Shown here piece after piece: positions 24,201 through 38,600 of a DNA stretch of 64,000 nucleotides. Source of the stretch: Antedon mediterranea (Eukaryota > Animalia > Echinodermata); NCBI RefSeq assembly GCF_964355755.1, contig NC_092679.1, positions 13,065,432 through 13,129,431 on the forward strand. Direction: 5' to 3'. The notes below the pieces were generated by a model. It did no database searches. It was not told the DNA's origin and saw only the letters and a list, made by a program, of their open reading frames with translations. Made by a program: the position numbers and the translations under genes. Numbering within the stretch: the first letter of the stretch is position 1; each line of letters opens with the position of its first letter.

Positions 24201-27200
24201 AGCCGGGAATGGCGTTCATCAACTGGTATCCCACATGCGTTTAAGTAGTGACCTGTTTCCACAATGATGAACTCTATCCAACTTCATCTATCCAAGAAGA
24301 ACTTTTTTCCCTTGACTTTATATAATTATATTATTTTAAAATATGCAATGATATCCTTTTTCTGTTAGCTGGTCATTATTACTATATTACATCGTATTAT
24401 AATATCGGTAGCTCCTGTTTTAATTTACTTCTGTAAATGCACTCTTATCATATCTTGTTTTTCTGTTTTGTTAATGTATTATTATTATTGTTATTATTTA
24501 CTATATTGTTTCCTATTACCATTTACTTTATATTCAGTGATGCTTCTCAAATTGTTAAATCGTTGTCAAAATGATGTCTGAGAATTATTTTTGTCATCTC
24601 CCATTCCTTGATTTTACTATAGATTCTGATACTATTAACCACAGTGATATATCTAACATTATTATAAACCCCTTGCTCATACTGAATATGATAAATTTGA
24701 TGAACATTCCGAGCCTCTTGCCAACCAATTAAATTCTAGAAATTCGACACTCGAGGATTGTATATACTATGACACTAATCATTTTAATACCACTTTTAGA
24801 AATGTTTCAAATTCCCTAATTTCTCTCTTTCATGTTAACATTAGAAGCGTTACAAATAAAACTGATTCCCTTGAACAATTTTTAAATTCAATTAATTTAA
24901 AATGTTCTATTATTGGTCTCTCTGAGACCTTGTTGAATGACTCACCTACTCCCTTCTTGCATAATTATTCATTTATATTTCAAAATAGGCAGTCTTGTAA
25001 AGGTGGTGGCGTAGCTTTTTTTTAGTAAAAAACGATCTTAATGTTAGAGTCCGTCTTGATCTATCGATTTCTCAACCATATGATTCCCCTTTTTCTAGAA
25101 ATAGTACATCCTAATAAAAAAAATACAATCGTTGGTGTAATTTACCGTCCTCCAGATGGTAATATTGATCATTTCTCCAAATCCTTCGATGAACTCTTAA
25201 ATAAAATAAATTCTGAACATAAACCCTGTCATATCATGGGCGATATAAATATTGATATCATAAAATATCAAAATCATATTCAAACTAATAATTATAATGA
25301 TATGTTACTTTTTCACTCATTTTATCCAACAATTTCAAAACCTATTCGAATCACACCGACTACCGCCACCTTGATTGACCATTTTTACACCAATATTATT
25401 GATACAAAAATACATTCTGGTGTATTTATTTTTGATATATCCGACCACCTTCCTATCTTTCATATAGTAGATGAAAAATTATACCATACTGACACCGGCA
25501 ATGTACCATCTCGTATAATAGATATTGATGCTTTGTGTGGTGATTTGGTTGAGGAAAATTGGTCAGAGGTTTACGATTGTGACCAACCCGTATCTTTTGA
25601 TAAATTTCTTAACACATTCTATAAAATTCATAATAAACATATTAAAAATAAATATAATGTATCAAATAAAATAAAAGCAAAACAGTCTTGGATGACACCT
25701 GGCTTAATTAAAAGTAGCAAAAAGAAACAAAAACTTTATAAAAAATATATTTATTCTCATGATATTCACCATAAAAGTATATACAAAAATTATAAAAATA
25801 TGTATACTAAACTCTGTCGAACCGCCAAAAGAATGCATTATATATCAACATTTCAAAATGTAAAATGTAACCTTAAAAAGACCTGGGCTATAATAAATTC
25901 TGTATTAAGACCAGAAAATCAAAACAATTTCCAATCCCTCATAAATAACGGTTTTGAAACAATTACATCAACTAAAGAAATATGCGATTCATTTAATAAG
26001 TACTTTTCAACAATTGGTTCAAATTTAAATAATTCTATGCCTGACCCTCATATTGACCCAATCTCATATTTACCTAATCCAATTTCTCAATCTTTTTTTT
26101 ATAAATCCTGTTACAAAAGAAGAAATAATAATTATTGTTAACAATTTAAATCCTAATAAAGGATCTGGTGACGATAATATCACTTCACGCACACGATCAA
26201 ACAAATACTGCCGTACATAATTGACCACCTTACCTTCTCTATAAATTGTTCATTCTCATCTGGTGTATTTCCAAATTTATTAAAAATAGCTAAAATTTTC
26301 CCAATCTTTAAGAAAGGTGAAATTACAGGCCTATCTCCCTTTTTAGTGCTTTTTCTAAGATAAAGAAAAACTCATGCACCAGCGACTCTATGATTACCTT
26401 ACTAAATTCAACATTCTTTATACTCACCAATATGGTTTCCGTCATAACCATTCCACATCCCATGCAATTCTGGATCTTGTTAACAACATCACCTCATCTC
26501 TTGACAATAAACAATTTTTACTCTCCGTTTTTATAGACTTGTCAAAAGCGTTTGATGTCATCAATCATACAATTCTTCTTGGTAAATTATTTAATTAAGG
26601 CATTAGAGGAATTGCATTAAACTGGTTTGAAAGTTATTTAGTAAACCGTAAACAGTATGTTGCGTTAGGCTCATTTAAATCATCATTGGAGGCTGCAAAT
26701 TACGAAGTGCCTCAGGGTCGGTTTTAGGACCACTACTATTTTTAATTTATGTAAATGATCTTTCTAGATCAAGTGACACTCTGAAAGTCATATCCTTTGC
26801 TGATGATACTACGATTTTGTATTCACATTCTGTGTACCAATGTCTTATATAACACCGTCAACACTGAACTAAATAAAATGACTGACTGGTTTATCTCAAA
26901 TAAGCTTATTGTTAATGTACAGAAAACTAATTACATTTTATTTCATACTCAACAAAGACAAATTGATTTCTCTAATCTTAATATTTACATTAACATAATA
27001 TTATTGAACGTAAACCCGAAGTATTATGGACCAGTCATCAAGCGTATGTATCTAAAAAGATATCCAAAGTAATTGGCATCCTTTGTAAATTAAGACATTT
27101 TTTCCACAACATATCTTACTCTTGTTATATAACACCCTTATACAACCTCATCTTCTTTATTGCAACATTATTTGGGCAGCCGACTACCCATCAAATTTAG

Positions 27201-27609
27201 AAAAACTTAATAAACAAATTGAACGTGCTGCCCGTATTATTACTTTCTCTCACTATCTCGCCCCTTCCCAACCTTTACTTAAAAAACTCAATATTCTTAA
27301 TCTACATGATCTATTTACAACACAAATTGCTTCCTTTATTTTTCAATTCTTTAATACCAAACTCCCTGTGACAATGTCTAATCTATTAAGTCATCATACA
27401 AAATCACACAAGTACAATTTACCTTTTAGACTGAACATTTCCGAATATTTTATTTCTGTTTCAGGACCGCGAATCTGGAATGATCTTGATGACAAATTAA
27501 AGCATTTTAAATCTCTTTATACTTTTCGTAAAAATAAAAAAAAAATATCTTATTTCTTTATACTAATTTTAATATTATTATGATTGTAGTACACTGAAAG
27601 TATCTATTT

Positions 27610-28317
27610 TTAGTTGCGTGGAAGCGACTCTATAGTTCACTATGTCGGTCGGTCGGTCTGTCGGTCCGGTATCACTATGCGTTTTATCGCTTTCTGACCT
27701 TATCTTGATATCAGTTTAGTCTAGCTAAGTCAATTTTTCACAGTATATTCCTTATGGTCAGGAATCGATGTGGTTATGTTTTCACGGTATGCAATAAAAA
27801 ATTACGCGGTCTACGCACGATTTAACGAAATCACGTTTGTAATCATATCTTCACAACCATGAATCACAATTAAATACAATTTGGTACTCATAAATTTCAG
27901 GGCATAAATCATCATATGGCAATACAATTACGTGCGTAGCGCATGTAACGCATGTGTACGCGCGCTTAAAATTTTCAAAATTTATTTTCGATGAAATAAG
28001 AGTACGTTTCAGGCAATTTTAAGCGTTTACAAAATTGCCATGAGTGCGCAGATTTTTGCGCGCGCACTGCACGTTAAATGTTATTGCGCACTCTTTTTGC
28101 CCGATTTCTGTTTTCTTGACTTACTTTTCAACTCGAAATTACGTTATACGAGCACGTCAAAAGTGACAGGCTACGCACGTGTAAATTGAAAAAACATAAC
28201 TGTTTTTAAACATTTTAACATTTTTAAACATGTTCAGTAATTTCGGTCAGTTGGTAGGTTGGTCGGTCGGTCGGTAAACACTAAGCACGCGACTGCAGCC
28301 ATCTATATGGCCTTGTT
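27610..28317 (+). mobile_element. DINE-1-like Helentron-associated element (HINE), full copy
   Basis: Starts in a T-run with AGTTGCGTG, contains a (GGTC/GTCT)n microsatellite, inverted sub-TIR CACGCGACT, 3' hairpin GCCATCTATATGGC, then CTTGTT. Confidence 0.8.
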
Positions 28318-28678
28318 AATATATGGCTAAGCAGTGGTTTCTTTATTTATTTATTTTTTTCTTTTTCATTTATAAACATATTTCCACTGGACAACAATAT
28401 CAACGTTGTCCCACAGATGGGGCATTGTTGTTTTTCAAAAGGTCCAGCATAAAATATTACAACATATAATAATATATATAATACATAGTTTCTTAAAAAT
28501 AGTAAAACATGTTAACAGTGTCGATTCAATGCGTTATTAAATCTCCTTAATTATCGATGTGATTATATTTAAATTGTAGTTCCCGGTGATTGGCTAGTGG
28601 TTATGTCATCTACATCACATCCAATCACTGGGTGTGCTGTTCGCGATTTACAATTTTGTATGCGTACCGCCCTCTATA

Positions 28679-29072
28679 TTTCAGGGCATAAATCATCATA
28701 ATATGGCAATACAATTACGTGCGTAGCGCATGTAATGCATGCGTACGCGCGCTTAACATTTTCAAAATTTATTTTCGATGAAATAAGAGTAGGCCTACGT
28801 TTCAGGCAATTTTAAGCGTTTACAAAATTGCCATGAGTGCGCGTTAAATGTTATTTTTGCCCGATTTCTGTTTTCTTGACTTACTTTTCAACTCGAAATT
28901 ACGTTATACGAGCACGTCAAAAGTGACAGGCTACGCACGTGTAAATTAAAAAAATATAACTGTTTTTAAACATTTCAACATTTTTAAACATGTTCAGTAA
29001 TTTCGGTCAGTTGGTAGGTTGGTCGGTCGGTAAACACTAAGCACGCGACTGCAGCCATCTATATGGCCTTGT
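28679..29072 (+). mobile_element. 3' partial copy of the same HINE
   Basis: Repeats ~27895-28317 with an internal deletion. Confidence 0.8.
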
Positions 29073-32000
29073 TATTTCATCGTTTTTGTTTTTATTTATT
29101 ATTTTATGTAGTAAATTGTATTAGTTTAAATGTATGTGTATTGTTTCTGGGGTCTTTATCGAGACAAGAAACTTGATTTCTTCTAGAGAAAACCCCAAAT
29201 GATGGCTTATTACTAATGTTTTCATTTATGTATTGTACACATCTATATATTATACTGTATAATGCCATTGTTGAACAAATAAATGTTTTTTGAACTTTAA
29301 AAGAAACCTTATTAGATTCTAAGGCATGCAATCCATCGATGGTCTTAATGTTCTTATAGAAGCGACAGATGATAATTTATCATCAATTACTATGCCAAGA
29401 TCAGAGGTTTTGTGAACATATTGTAGATATTTCCTGTTAAAATAAAGAAATTGAAATTAGAACCATTCATATTCAGGCATCTTAATTTTAATGTTTAGTT
29501 CTTGGCATACAGCTACTGATGAATAAGAAACGAAGCAAAGTAGCCAATAGTACAATTTATTATTTATTTGAACTTCAATTGTCTTCATTGTCTAAATGAA
29601 TTTACTGTGCTACTGTATTATGTTAATGAATTATATATATAATTCTGCAAACTTTTTATTGCACGGCCTAATATATGGTTCGCGGTAGTTGGAGCCACAA
29701 TAAGTTAGAATGTGGGCCTCTGGTCTCTGAAAATTGTACTTATTTGTTTTTGTATAGTAAAAATTGAGCTGATTCACCAACCAATGTCAAGTAAAAATTC
29801 ATCACACCCAGAGTCTCCCCTTTTTAAAACACACACGACGCCATGTATAGTTAGTTTAGTAGAGGTCCCAACTTGGGAAAGTCCATTCGCAGGAGATTTT
29901 GTCGTGAACCACATTCGATTCATCGGGGCGTCGAAAGTCAACGCGCGGGGAATCGAAAATCAACACGCGTGTCGTTTACGTCTCTTAATTAACTAAATAT
30001 GTTACATATACAGTATATACAATATTTACACATAAGTTGGCTTAATTTTTACATATGTTTATACATCAGTATTTTTACATTCTAATATTTTTTTTAATGG
30101 ACACATCCTCAGTACAAAAAATGTAAAAAATATATACTGTATTTTAACTAAAATATACTGATAGTATTGCCCAATAGAATTTACTCTTTTTTTTTTTAGG
30201 CACAGGCCTAGGCCTAGCCTAGGGCTTATACTTCTAGGCCCTAGCTAGCTACCATTTTAAAACCCCAAAACAATCGAAATAACTATTCCGAATCCGTCTT
30301 ATGCTACATTATGCGAGTTAACATATTATTTCAGATGAAAAACATTGAGTTTTATATTGTTTTATCCATACGTAATTACACTGGCATTAAAGATATAACA
30401 TTAAAATGTTGGCCGTTTATGAGCTATTTCGCCGATTTCTTATCGCTGGGAAATTCACCACCAGCGACATCGATCGATCGAGGAGTAGGCCTAGGCTAGA
30501 GGCATGCGTGCATGCCGGAACGGGTGGATTATTGCTATATAAATAACAAGTTTGAACAAAAGAGCTTACGAAAATCTTAGGTAAATTTTTATTAAACGTA
30601 GGCCTACTTGCTTGGCGAATCCATGCCTTTTAAATCATTTAACATGTTCGTATTATCGGATCGTACAGTAAAACCAAATAAAACACCGCCTCAACAACCT
30701 CGTGCGATGTGCGATCTGTTGTTCTTTGCAGCGGATCAACATGGTAGAGTTCATTAATTATGAGGGTGTTTAAAAATGTAATAACTATTAAAAACGTGTC
30801 TCAACCACTGTGTAATCAAAGCGTTTATTTAGTTAAAACTTGGATCCTCCCAAAATTGATAATCGCGTATTCCGGTTACCACGTGATTGATTCACGGTTT
30901 GTTGCACGCTTCTTTTTTTTCTACGTCCTGCGTGTAGTAGCGTGCATGTTTATATTATTGTTACGGTTTAACAAAGGCAGTGCATACAAATAAAAATACA
31001 ATAATAGACCACGGAGACTGCATGAATAGACATTGTTTCAACATCCTGCCTCAATTTTGTCTGGTTATTGACTATTGTTCCTGAGCTGAGGCTGGGTGTA
31101 ACCGTAAATCAATTTGGCCAAAAATATGGAGAAATTTGAAAATGCGGTAAAAAAATCAAAATGCGGTAGAAAACGTCGAGATAGCGGTAGCGTGGTAGAT
31201 GGGTACTAAAAGCGGTAGACTACCGCGAGTAGCGGTAGACTTGGGACCCCTTAGTTTGCCGAGGGTGTCGTGTCAGTCTACTATAGGATTTTACATTTGC
31301 AATCACTAGTACTGTAACTCGCCCTGTCTATATCATGTGAGCGACCCAGTTAATTAGACAATGGCTCTTTTCTAGTTAAACTCGGTGACTAACACCATTC
31401 ATTGTATCAACGCTACACTGTTTGTTGTAAGCTACATATACAAACAAAGATGTTTTTCAATTTCAATTTAGATTGTTTGCAGAATCTTATTAGACAACAC
31501 ATTTTTTATGTCGATAATAAGACATTAACTCATTATAAATTCTTTCTATTTTTGTTTGACCATGTCATTTCATGATGAGTTGCAGGGATTGGGCTGCGTG
31601 GGTGTGTGATTGGATTGAGAGCTGATGGAAACACTCTTACAAATAGTGTTCAGATAATTAAATTAGACTCAAAATATGTATTATTATACAAGAAATGAGT
31701 GACTTCATTGAATTAATTGTATTTGAACAAGGAACTAGAAACTAACACTGTAGTGTACATTAAAGGTATAATAGGGCTCTTATATTCATAGTACCTATAC
31801 AAAATTTAATCAATGACTTAATAGGCAGAACTGTGTTAAAATATTTACAATTTAGATTAATGTACCAGATTGACGTTCTGACGTACTGTTTTTGGTTGGT
31901 TTTTGGATCAGAAAATTATGTTATTATTAAGGTTAACCATAATAACACTTTAGTGTAATTTGAATAGAAATATAACAAATACACGTTTGTATAGCCTGAA

Positions 32001-32495
32001 TCACATACAGTTTCTCATAGTAATTGGAAAATTGCCAAGTATCAAAATAGAATACTTGCTTTGTTTGTTTGTTTGCACAATAGCTCCCACAATTTAGATA
32101 AGTTATATCGTCCTGAATGTTTCGGTGTTAATATGTATTACTTTACAGAACATGTCTATTTATTTTAAGGAAAATTGATATACTGGTGATGTCACAAAAG
32201 CTTACAGTTTATCAATATCTGACTTGTATCTTCCATAAGATATTCTTTCATCCAAAACATCAAGTAGTGAGCCATGTCTCTAAAATATAGTTTTTTCTGA
32301 TATATTTTTCCAAGTACTTCACTCAGTTTGGAGTGCTTTCATATTTTTCACTGATACTGTCCACAATAATTAGTTTTATTAATTTTCTTGTTATACCAAC
32401 AGACTATACTTATTGATTTTCATGACAATTGATACACAGTTAGCATAACATTATAGGCTGCCAATTATTTTTCGTTCATTTTTTTATTTTTCCAG

Positions 32496-35400
32496 AATGT
32501 TGCTGGAGAAATGCAAAATTGTACTCAAGAACGTGATTCCACAAATCTCAGTAAGTTCTAGTTTGTATGCATAAATATTAAAGATATGAATCATGCTACC
32601 ATAATTGTTATTGCTTTTCAAGTTTAGACAGGATAGAAATCATTTCTTATCCACTTCAATCTTCTGAAAATGAATATTTTTTAAATTTACATTTCCACAA
32701 AAGTAATCCATGGATTTTTTAAAGCAAAACATGTTAATTTCTTGCCATAGATTTACTTCGGGAAGTTGCAGCTCACCACAGGGGTCTGGATTTTTAAATT
32801 ATGAATTAACAGTTTATTTTTAATTAACTTAATTTTATATTAATTCATTGTATTGTCACAAACTATTATTTTGTATCAAAGGTTTTGACTGTCACTCAGA
32901 AATGGATGTGACAAAAATAATGACTAAATATAGGCCTAATCTCATGTTTATTTTAATTGAATGTTTTTATATAATTCCTAGATGTATGTCCCGATACATA
33001 TAACAACAACAATGGCCCTGGAACAGCGCCTCAGGCTGAAAATATTGATGTTTCTTATTATGTGGCAACTTATGGTGACAGATCTGAAACTTTCACACTA
33101 TTAAACATTTCATTTGACTTGAATATGAATGGTAAGTAAAAATAACAATAATTTATTAACAGGATGAATTGACTTTGTTGCTTTGAGTTTGTTGGACATG
33201 AGATGAGTTTATGGGAAATGTTACAAGAATATCTCTTTACAAATGTATCTGAAGTAAATTATCATACACTCCTTTAATCTCAGATTGTGTTAAAAGTCGG
33301 AAATTGTTTTTGTTGCGTTTGGTCTAAGGGAGGAGAAAAAAAATGTAATTTGCATCTAAACTTGTGGTCATTTGATCTGACATCTATTGAATTTCATTTT
33401 TTTACCCATTGTGGAATATGTCACACTGTGTAATGATGAAGATACATAACATGAATAAAACTACGAAAACTTTGAGTTATTTTCATTGTTTTATATAAAA
33501 AAATACAGGGGCTGATCCAGTATTTAGAGGCCCCAGAAAAAATTATGTCATCTAACTTTTTATAATCCAAACGTTTACGGCTACTCTATGTTGATCACAC
33601 AACGTTCATATTATTCATGTTTTGTGGTTGATCACACAACGTTCATACTATTCATGTGGTTGTGGTTGATCACACAACGTTCATATTATTCAAGTGGTTG
33701 TGGTTGATCACACAACGTTCATCATGTGGTTGTGGTTGATCACACAATGTTCATATTATTCAAGTGGTTGTGGTTGATCACACAATGTTCATATTATTCA
33801 TGTGGTTGTGGTTGATCACACAACGTTCATATTATTCAAATGGTTGTGGTTGATCACAAAACGTTCATATTATTCATGTGGTTGTGGTTGATCACACAAC
33901 ATTCATATTATTTACATGTATTAATGTGCAGCTTCACACCTACTGGGTTACAGAAAATTGTTTAAGATAGTAATTATTTTATAACATAAAGAGGTTAAAG
34001 ACATGGCTGTTAAATTTTAGGGGGAACTAAAGCCTGTTTAGTCTCGCCTAAATCTGTGCTTGATAAAATTTACCAGCATAATATTGAATGGCACATTGTA
34101 CATTGCCTAACCACCAATTAAATGGCAGTAATACACTGATGTGGTATATTACAGTGATCTAGTACAATATCAAAATACTTTGATGCTTTTACTGAGTAAA
34201 GAATTGTACAGATACAGACTGTGGACTGACTTTGTAATGATGTATTTTTATTTCAGGTTCTGAAATATACACTGGGGCAATAATAGAGATAACAGAACTA
34301 GGAGTAACTAGTAACATGCAATGTCATTACTTAAACTTTAATGGTGATGTCATAACTGAAAATGACCTTGTAACTGAAAATGGTATAATTGTAAGTATTC
34401 TTTTACATAGTAAGTTTACATATAGATTCACTCTATATAAATAAATGTCTTTTTGAACAACATCCTGAAAAAAGTTTGTTCTTTTTCAATGCAATAATTT
34501 GACTTTACTCTACTAATAACTCGATTCATACATTCGCCTGAGTTTTCAGAATTTGAACCTCTAGTTTCCGTGTAATTGCATTAAATATCTCGGTACCAGT
34601 AACTTTTCATCAGGTTTGAATAGAATGGGTCTGAATGTCAAATTAAATGTATTAAAGACTTGCTACAGACCCACAGTGGTTGGGGTTGAGATGAGAACAT
34701 TTTTGGATTATTATAGATTATAGACCTCTAGGTTCTTGGAAGTTAGAGTCTTTTTGGAAGAATGAACAAATCACTGGCTATATGTCAATGCATAACATCG
34801 AGAATCTTCCATTATACGATGTCGATACACATCACAGGTGGATCTCCTTGATATATCAATTCGGCTCTCATATCTATACATCTTTTAAAATGGTTATTAT
34901 ATTCAACCCGACGTCTGTTTTCAGACCTCTGCGATTCCATGTTTACCTGCCTGGGTTAAGGCTTTCTATACCTCCGCCAAGGAGGTATATGTAATCGATC
35001 CTGTGTGTCTGTTTGTCTTTCTGTTTGTTAGCAGGATTACTCAAAGGTTACCTTGCAAGATCTTTAACAAAATAAAAATACAGATAGATATTTGGTCACT
35101 CCATTAAATTTTGGAGGCAATCCGGACCACGGTTTCAATTCTGGACCACTTTTTAGTATTATTTTCAGACATGATAGTGTTAAAAGATAGGACAGAATTT
35201 TCAAAAGCCGGCGAGCAGTCTTAAAGTAACAAGTAAACTGGAATTGCATTTTCTCAAGAACTACGTTTGTCCAAAAAAACATTTTTGTACAAGAGTAAAG
35301 AGTTATAATTTGTGATTTGTAATTTTAAACATAATTTGATTTAATGTACAGAATTTTTGATACGAGTAGTTTTAAAAAACCTATTTCTTTTCAAATTCAC

Positions 35401-35516
35401 CTGTTTGTTTTTGTATTACAAAATATAGATTTACAATCTTACTATTGTAAGTCAACTGAAACTTTTTTTAGTTGAAAGGCTGGTTACCAAACTCACAAAC
35501 ACATGCTTGTAGTGAA

Positions 35517-35615
<99 letters not shown>

Positions 35616-38600
35616 AGAGTGACTTTCTAGTTGAGTGTGAAAAGTAGTGCAGAGGTGTTTCGTAGAGGAGATAAAAATTTACTTCCGAATTCACAGAACT
35701 TTATAAATTAGAACATTAGGCTTCTTTCAATTAATTTCACTCTTAATCTAGCACTTTAGGCATTTCATTGTCACAGATAATTTGCTTATAATTCACTGAG
35801 CTGTACAATCTTTTTATAGAAACGGATATTCTTTGATTGCACAGCAATTTTGGTACCAGGTAACGTGCAGTACTTGATCAGTATTAAAACATTGCCATAT
35901 ACTGTTGAATCAGAACCAACATTTAAGTATTATTGGACACCAAGTAAGTATGATGTTGTGATCAAAATAGGTAGCATGTTAAAGTACATTACATTTTTAA
36001 CGAAGTGCAATGTTCACAGACAAGGAATAATCTATATTTTAATGCTACTAAATTGTTCATGTTTTTACATATCTCCTCCAAAACCACTGATCGTTATGTG
36101 CCTCTGGCACACTGATGTTTATTGATGGGCCACACACGATAGGCTATGTCACTTTCCTGAATTCTAAGGATAAACACACAAAAAAAATGCAAAAAATAGC
36201 AGTAATTTGACATCTCAGCGACCATGTTACGTACTCTATAAACTACGAAACCTCCTCTGTTGTGTACTGCCATGGCCGGATCTACAAATACCATGCTGGG
36301 CCGCCAAAAAACTATTAGTCAACCGTATCGAATGATCACATCGTTGAACACCTATTCTTTGAACAGAATGATTTTCGTAAATCACGGCTTGGCTTAATTG
36401 ATTGATTGATATCAATACTTAGTACGTTCGAGTTCGAATCCGCAAAGGGGTAATTATTGAGTCTCACCGCTTAAAGCTAAAAATCAAAACTAGACCACAA
36501 TGTTGCAAAACTTGCAAAAAAGATACGAAACCTCACAAAAAAAAATTGCAAAATATAAAAACCATGAAATAAAAAAAAATGTAAATGAACAAAAAAACAC
36601 ACAAAAATAAAACAAATCCAAATATCCGCTACCCAATGACATTAAAATGTCAACCAGTATTGGTATGTTCAAACATAAAATTCATGATATGTTTGTCACC
36701 AGTTATCTTTATTTTTAAGCTACTGGTTAATTCATTTTCTCTCGACATTTGATTTGTTATTATCACTGCATTATTTCCATTGTTAGTATTTTTATCGTTA
36801 CAATTAATATGGTACATTATACTGTTTTTATTTATTTATTTAATTATTTATCTATTTCAATTTCAATTTTGTTTGTTTTGTTTTTTGTTTTTTTTCGTTT
36901 TAAGGGGCTTTGCGTCTAAAGCATTAGCTTACAGCTTAACCCCGTTCACAATCTCAATTAATTTTGCATGTACTTTGTATTATCTGAGATTGTGAATAAA
37001 GTTATATATATATATATTTAAAAATACACCCAAAATGTAAAAGTTTGTGTCCGAGTGCATCATGTAATTTCGACTACTTTTTGTGTTGATTTCAGATTCT
37101 GTAAGCATTATTATTATTAATTCAATAATATACCAATTCATATTTTATCATTAAAATGTTTTAATCTGCCGACTGATCGACAGACTTCAACGTTCATGAG
37201 AGGGACATGCACGTTGTCACTTTCTGAGGCGCACTCTGATTAATATTCACACAGCACAAAGTCCCATATCCAGTATTGCTTTCATTTTGTAGCTTACAGA
37301 TATTTCAAAGCAATTACTCCGTGTATAAAAAAATCAATGGCCGTAAATAGTTCCGAATTGTATTCTTGACAATTTTTTTGTTTGGGTCAGGAAGAGTGTG
37401 CATATGTGGCACATGCAAGGGAAATCAGACATAAGTCGCATTTGTAGACAAATAAATAAGTAAACTTTAATATTTTGTGTGGTATGTTGGTTAAAAAGAT
37501 GGTGTCAAATTATGTATGATTTTTATAAAACCTATCATGTTTTAGGCTTAAATTGAAAGTGTTCCAGTGGGTTGATTTTAATGAAAATTTTTGCATAATA
37601 ATAGAACAATCAATAATTAGATGTTTTGCCCTACTCTGACGTAATTTGTACTTTATACTAAGTACATTTGAGAATACTTGCGAAAAAATTTGCAAGTAGT
37701 TCTCGGGTGGGACTCGATCCCACGACCTCCAGATCACTAGCCTTGCGTTCATACCTCTAGACCACCGAGCTTGGGCTCGAATCTAACCACTAGCCATCAG
37801 CTCAAGCTCGGTGGTCTAGAGGTATGAACTCAAATGTACAAAATATCTAATCACTAAACTCACTGACGCAAAAACTACAATTACAATAGAACATTGAAAT
37901 AAAACAATTAGAATACCATTTTGCTAGGGCGTAAACTGAAACGGCCTGTTTATTTGTTTGTATTTGGCATTTCCTGTATACTTAACTTTAAAAGCATTTT
38001 TCTCAAAACACTGATTGTAATAGCCCAACTTTTAGACTGAGATATCTGTGCAAGTAGACATGGTATCAAGATATTTTTTTCAGCATCTTAAATCTTGGAT
38101 TATGTAGTTTTAGTATTGTAAAAATCTCAATTTTGAAAATTCCGACTTATGTCTGCTTCCCCTTGCATGTGCCACATATACTTAATTATTATTAAGGAAG
38201 ACAAACCGTGCGTATCACTGGTTACTGGTAGACCATAATTTAATTACAAAAGTAGCAAGTAGCTAACAAATCTCCCATACAATTTTTTTATTTTTTTTAA
38301 TTTGTCAAAGTACTTTTATTACAGTGCGCAATTAAAAAGACTGTGCGGTTGCGGAGCATGGGTTACTGTTATTGTGATTTATGATACTGATGTCAAACGA
38401 TTCCTTGTATCACTCACTATAACAAACATTAATCTTTGTTATTGTTTTTTTAAAGGTTGCTTCTACAGGAAAAATGATTATTATTGTCAATACACACATA
38501 AAGAAGGTAATGTATATAAATAAATATCAGATTGAATATTGTATTATGCATATTTGATTGTTAGTACTTGTGTAGAAAAATAAAAAGAGCTTTAAATTCA

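Larger units (their letters stand above)
23119..29285 (+). mobile_element. Degraded L2/Crack-group LINE: ORF1 C-terminus, ORF2 (APE + RT) and interrupted 3' UTR
   Basis: ORF1 tail at 23119-24249 (..IIDELT..LRFRAG|WRSS..) split by a MITE. ORF2 at ~24570-27583 has [63 protein letters not shown] with several frameshifts. Probable 3' UTR resumes after the HINEs with AATAAA at ~29278. Confidence 0.88.

Noticed and set aside
30480-32450. Possible promoter and first exons of the IL17R-like gene (CpG-richer patch, ATG|GTAGAG at ~30741; hydrophobic frames at ~32300-32440)
   Set aside because: No combination gave an in-phase signal peptide joining the phase-0 exon at 32496. Left unresolved.
33590-33910. 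CRISPR-like regularly spaced repeats
   Set aside because: Units are contiguous with no unique spacers, there are no cas genes, and the context is eukaryotic. This is a minisatellite.
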